Origin: Prorocentrum cordatum
Taxonomy: Eukaryota
Assembly (NCBI GenBank): GCA_963575745.1
Contig: CAUYUJ010000079.1
Coordinates: forward strand, 1-64,000
DNA length: 64,000 nucleotides
Direction of reading: 5' to 3'
Shown here in pieces: positions 61,701 to 64,000 of this stretch (within the stretch, counting starts at the first letter, position 1; each line of letters opens with the position of its first letter). Below the pieces are notes generated by a model that was not told where the DNA came from, did no database searches, and saw nothing but the letters and a program-made list of their open reading frames with translations. A program made the translations under genes and the position numbers.

Positions 61701-64000
61701 GACGACGTGCTCTGCAAGCTCCTCGACGGCGTGCGCCGCCTCAAGAGCCAGTGGAACGACAGGGAGGTGCAGGGCGCGGGCGACGCCAGCGACGAGCCCC
61801 AGTTGACCGCTGCAGCGAAGCGCAAGGAGGATTTCAAGCGCACGCTGCAGGTGTTGTCCCGCTTCGAGACCTGCTTCCGCAGGGCCTCCTGGAAGAGCGG
61901 CTGCGAGATGGTCTTCCCCATGCTCTTCGGGCACCTCTCCTTCATGACGCACCGCTGCTGGAAGGTGTCCATGCGGAAGTCCATCTACCTCGCCGCGGAG
62001 TCCTGGCGCAGGCGGCACGGCCACGCCGACACCGCGGAAAGCCCACCCGCCGCCTCGATCACGTACGCGGTACCCGGCACTGGACAGCAGGTCGCGATGC
62101 CGGGGTGGAGCGAGGTGCAGCGCGAGGGCGAGACAGTGTACGTCAGCCCCGACGGCGAGGAGTTCGACACGATCGAGTACGCGCACCAAGCGTTCCAGAT
62201 TGCGAACGCCAGCGGCGGCTCGCTGCGCGACGTGACTAAGGCTTTGAACAAGATGCGGGAAGGCGAGGAAGAAGAGCAGCCCGATGCACCGGGGCCGACC
62301 GTCGAGGGCCTCGCGCAGGGCAAGTTCAGGGGCGCCGTGTTGAGCCAGCACGACGACTGGATGCATCGCGGAGATCACCCTATTGTCCGAGACATGAGCT
62401 TGTACGTCTACAGCATCTGGGTGTACCGCGTGGAACTGCCGTTGCACGCCCTTCCGGCCGGGGAGCTGGAGCCCGAGGGCAGCGGGGGGCGCACCCTGCA
62501 CGTGGACATCGCCTTCGACTCGTCCTACTCGGCGGCGCGGAACTGGACGCAGAGGCTGGCCGCCGAGCCGCGCATCCCGAAGCCGGACGGCTTCCAGTTC
62601 GTGAGCGCGGAGTCGAACGTGGAGACGCACTACCTCATGAAGTCTGTGCTGCTGCGACCGGTGCACCTGCCGGACGCCGACGGGCCCAACGACACGAAGG
62701 AGCTGCGCTACCTCCGCGCGTACGAGCACCTGTGCGCGGCGCCGGAGGGCGAGCCGGAGTGGCCGGCGCAGCCGGCGGGGGAGGGCGTCTCGGGCCCGTT
62801 CCAGCGCGGGTGGGAGTCGTTCGCCACCACCCAGGAGCAGCTGGCGAAGACGGCGCGGGCGAAGTGCCTCAAGAATGACGTGGGGTCGTGGGCAACTCCC
62901 AGCATCTGGAACACGCAGGAGGTCGAGGCCGCGCTGCGCGAGAAGCACAGCGACCGCGGCGAGGACGTGCAGCCTCCTTGTCAGTGCGCCCAGTGCACGG
63001 AAATGGGCAACTGGCTGGACAGTATGCTGACGGTGCAGGAGTACCTGGCCCTGGAGAGCACGAAGACCGCGGCCAACTTCGACGGCATCTCCAAGGCGAG
63101 GGCTTCGAAGCCGAAGAGGCCGCAGAAGGACGACGTGCAGGTCGCCGAGGCCCCCGTGTTCCAGGAGGGCGCCGAGGACTCGGGTGCGGGCGCCGCGCAG
63201 GTGGAGGCCCAGGGCATCCGTGCTCAGGAAGGCCTCGCGAAGCTGGGCGCCAACACGGCACTGGAGCATCACTTCGACCCCGAGACGCTAGGGCAGATCT
63301 TGCGCTTCGACACCGCCGAGCGCACGCAGGCCTTCGTGAAGGAACTCAAGAAGGCCGCTACGATGATGGAGAACGGCGCGCTGCCCGGGCCGACTGACGC
63401 CGACGCATCGCGGCGCGCTGCCCGCGCCCTGAAGGACAACGTCCTCGCTCCGTTCAGGGCCCTGCGCGACCTCGACGCAGACGAGCTGAAGAGCTTGGTG
63501 GAGACCCAGCGGAAAAGGTTCGCCAAGGGAGGCACGATGGATGCGGACGTGCCCGTGGCCGACGCACCCGCGCCGGACGACGTCGGCGCAGCGGCCGCTG
63601 GCGCGATGCCAGCCGAGGCGGCGCAGGCACGGTGGGAGCCTTCGGAGGAGATGCAGCGGCCCAGCGACTTCGTCAAGCTCCTCGTTACAAAGTTCGAGGA
63701 CGGCGTGGTCAACCCGAGAACGGGGCGGCAGGAGCCCCGCCCTCTGAAGCCAGACCAGGCCCTGTTCGTCACGGCGTTCGCGAACGCCTGCAACGTGGTG
63801 TGGGACGAGGAGCAGAAGATCGAGGACGGCAGCATGGCCAAGCACGCCAAGCGGAAGACGTTCCAGTTCCTGCTCCTCGGCCAGGGCGGCAGCGGGAAGA
63901 CCGCCATGGTGCAGGAGATCGTGCTGCCGGCCATGGACGCACTGTTCCCTGTGGAACCGGGCAAGGCGAAGTCCACGCAGATAGTCTGCGCGAAGTGGTC
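55722..64000 (+). CDS. RepHel gene exons 2-3 (probable intron 57663-57827): USP His box, C2H2 finger, DUF6570-like region, HUH Rep (Helitron_like_N) and start of a PIF1-type helicase; runs off the window
   Basis: One frame with no stop to the window end. Motifs: GHFVAHF...WYTADD (56349-56402), CRLC...HQGRVH, CEAC...PLMALVNDLWLG, FGPPVLFVTPN (~60050-60080), VEAQGRGSLHPHILIW (60402-60449), YYVNSYTTK (61659-61685), GQGGSGKT (63879-63902). Confidence 0.9.
56722..56820 (+). repeat. In-frame 21-bp tandem repeat encoding GRQQSRD units
   Basis: GGGAGGCAGCAGAGCCGCGAC, about 4.5 copies, within the RepHel linker. Confidence 0.85.

Noticed and set aside
55599..63272. Long minus-strand ORFs (659, 700, 611 aa)
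   Set aside because: Antisense shadows of the RepHel reading frame.

Overview
GC-rich, microsatellite-dense eukaryotic DNA. It is almost certainly dinoflagellate: a perfect 22-nt DinoSL lies at 18044-18065 (minus strand), several relict SLs are present, and introns use GC/GA donors with direct repeats at their boundaries. The first ~32 kb is mostly repeats (microsatellites, 12/14/77-bp tandem arrays, MITE-like and ~0.8-kb non-autonomous elements), with scattered minus-strand LRR-like exons and a decayed coiled-coil coding relic. From ~32.5/38.3 kb to the window end lies a co-oriented plus-strand gene cluster that looks like a giant, cargo-laden Helitron. It holds an aGPT-PPLase1/5-hmdU-hypermodification-type gene (32657-33997), an unknown ORF, a 5-exon AlkB dioxygenase fusion, an RPA70-like ssDNA-binding protein and a small RNase H1-N-like protein. 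It ends in a >3000-aa RepHel gene (USP deubiquitinase + C2H2 + DUF6570-like + HUH Rep + start of a PIF1-type helicase). Its 55722-64000 frame has no stop in the window, so it is missing from the ORF track. A paired ~28-bp motif recurs before or between these genes. An intact ~5.9-kb LINE (APE-RT-ZnF, with a second ORF nested at its 3' end) sits in a (GTC)n tract inside RepHel intron 1. All domain calls are by eye from motifs; no database search was run.
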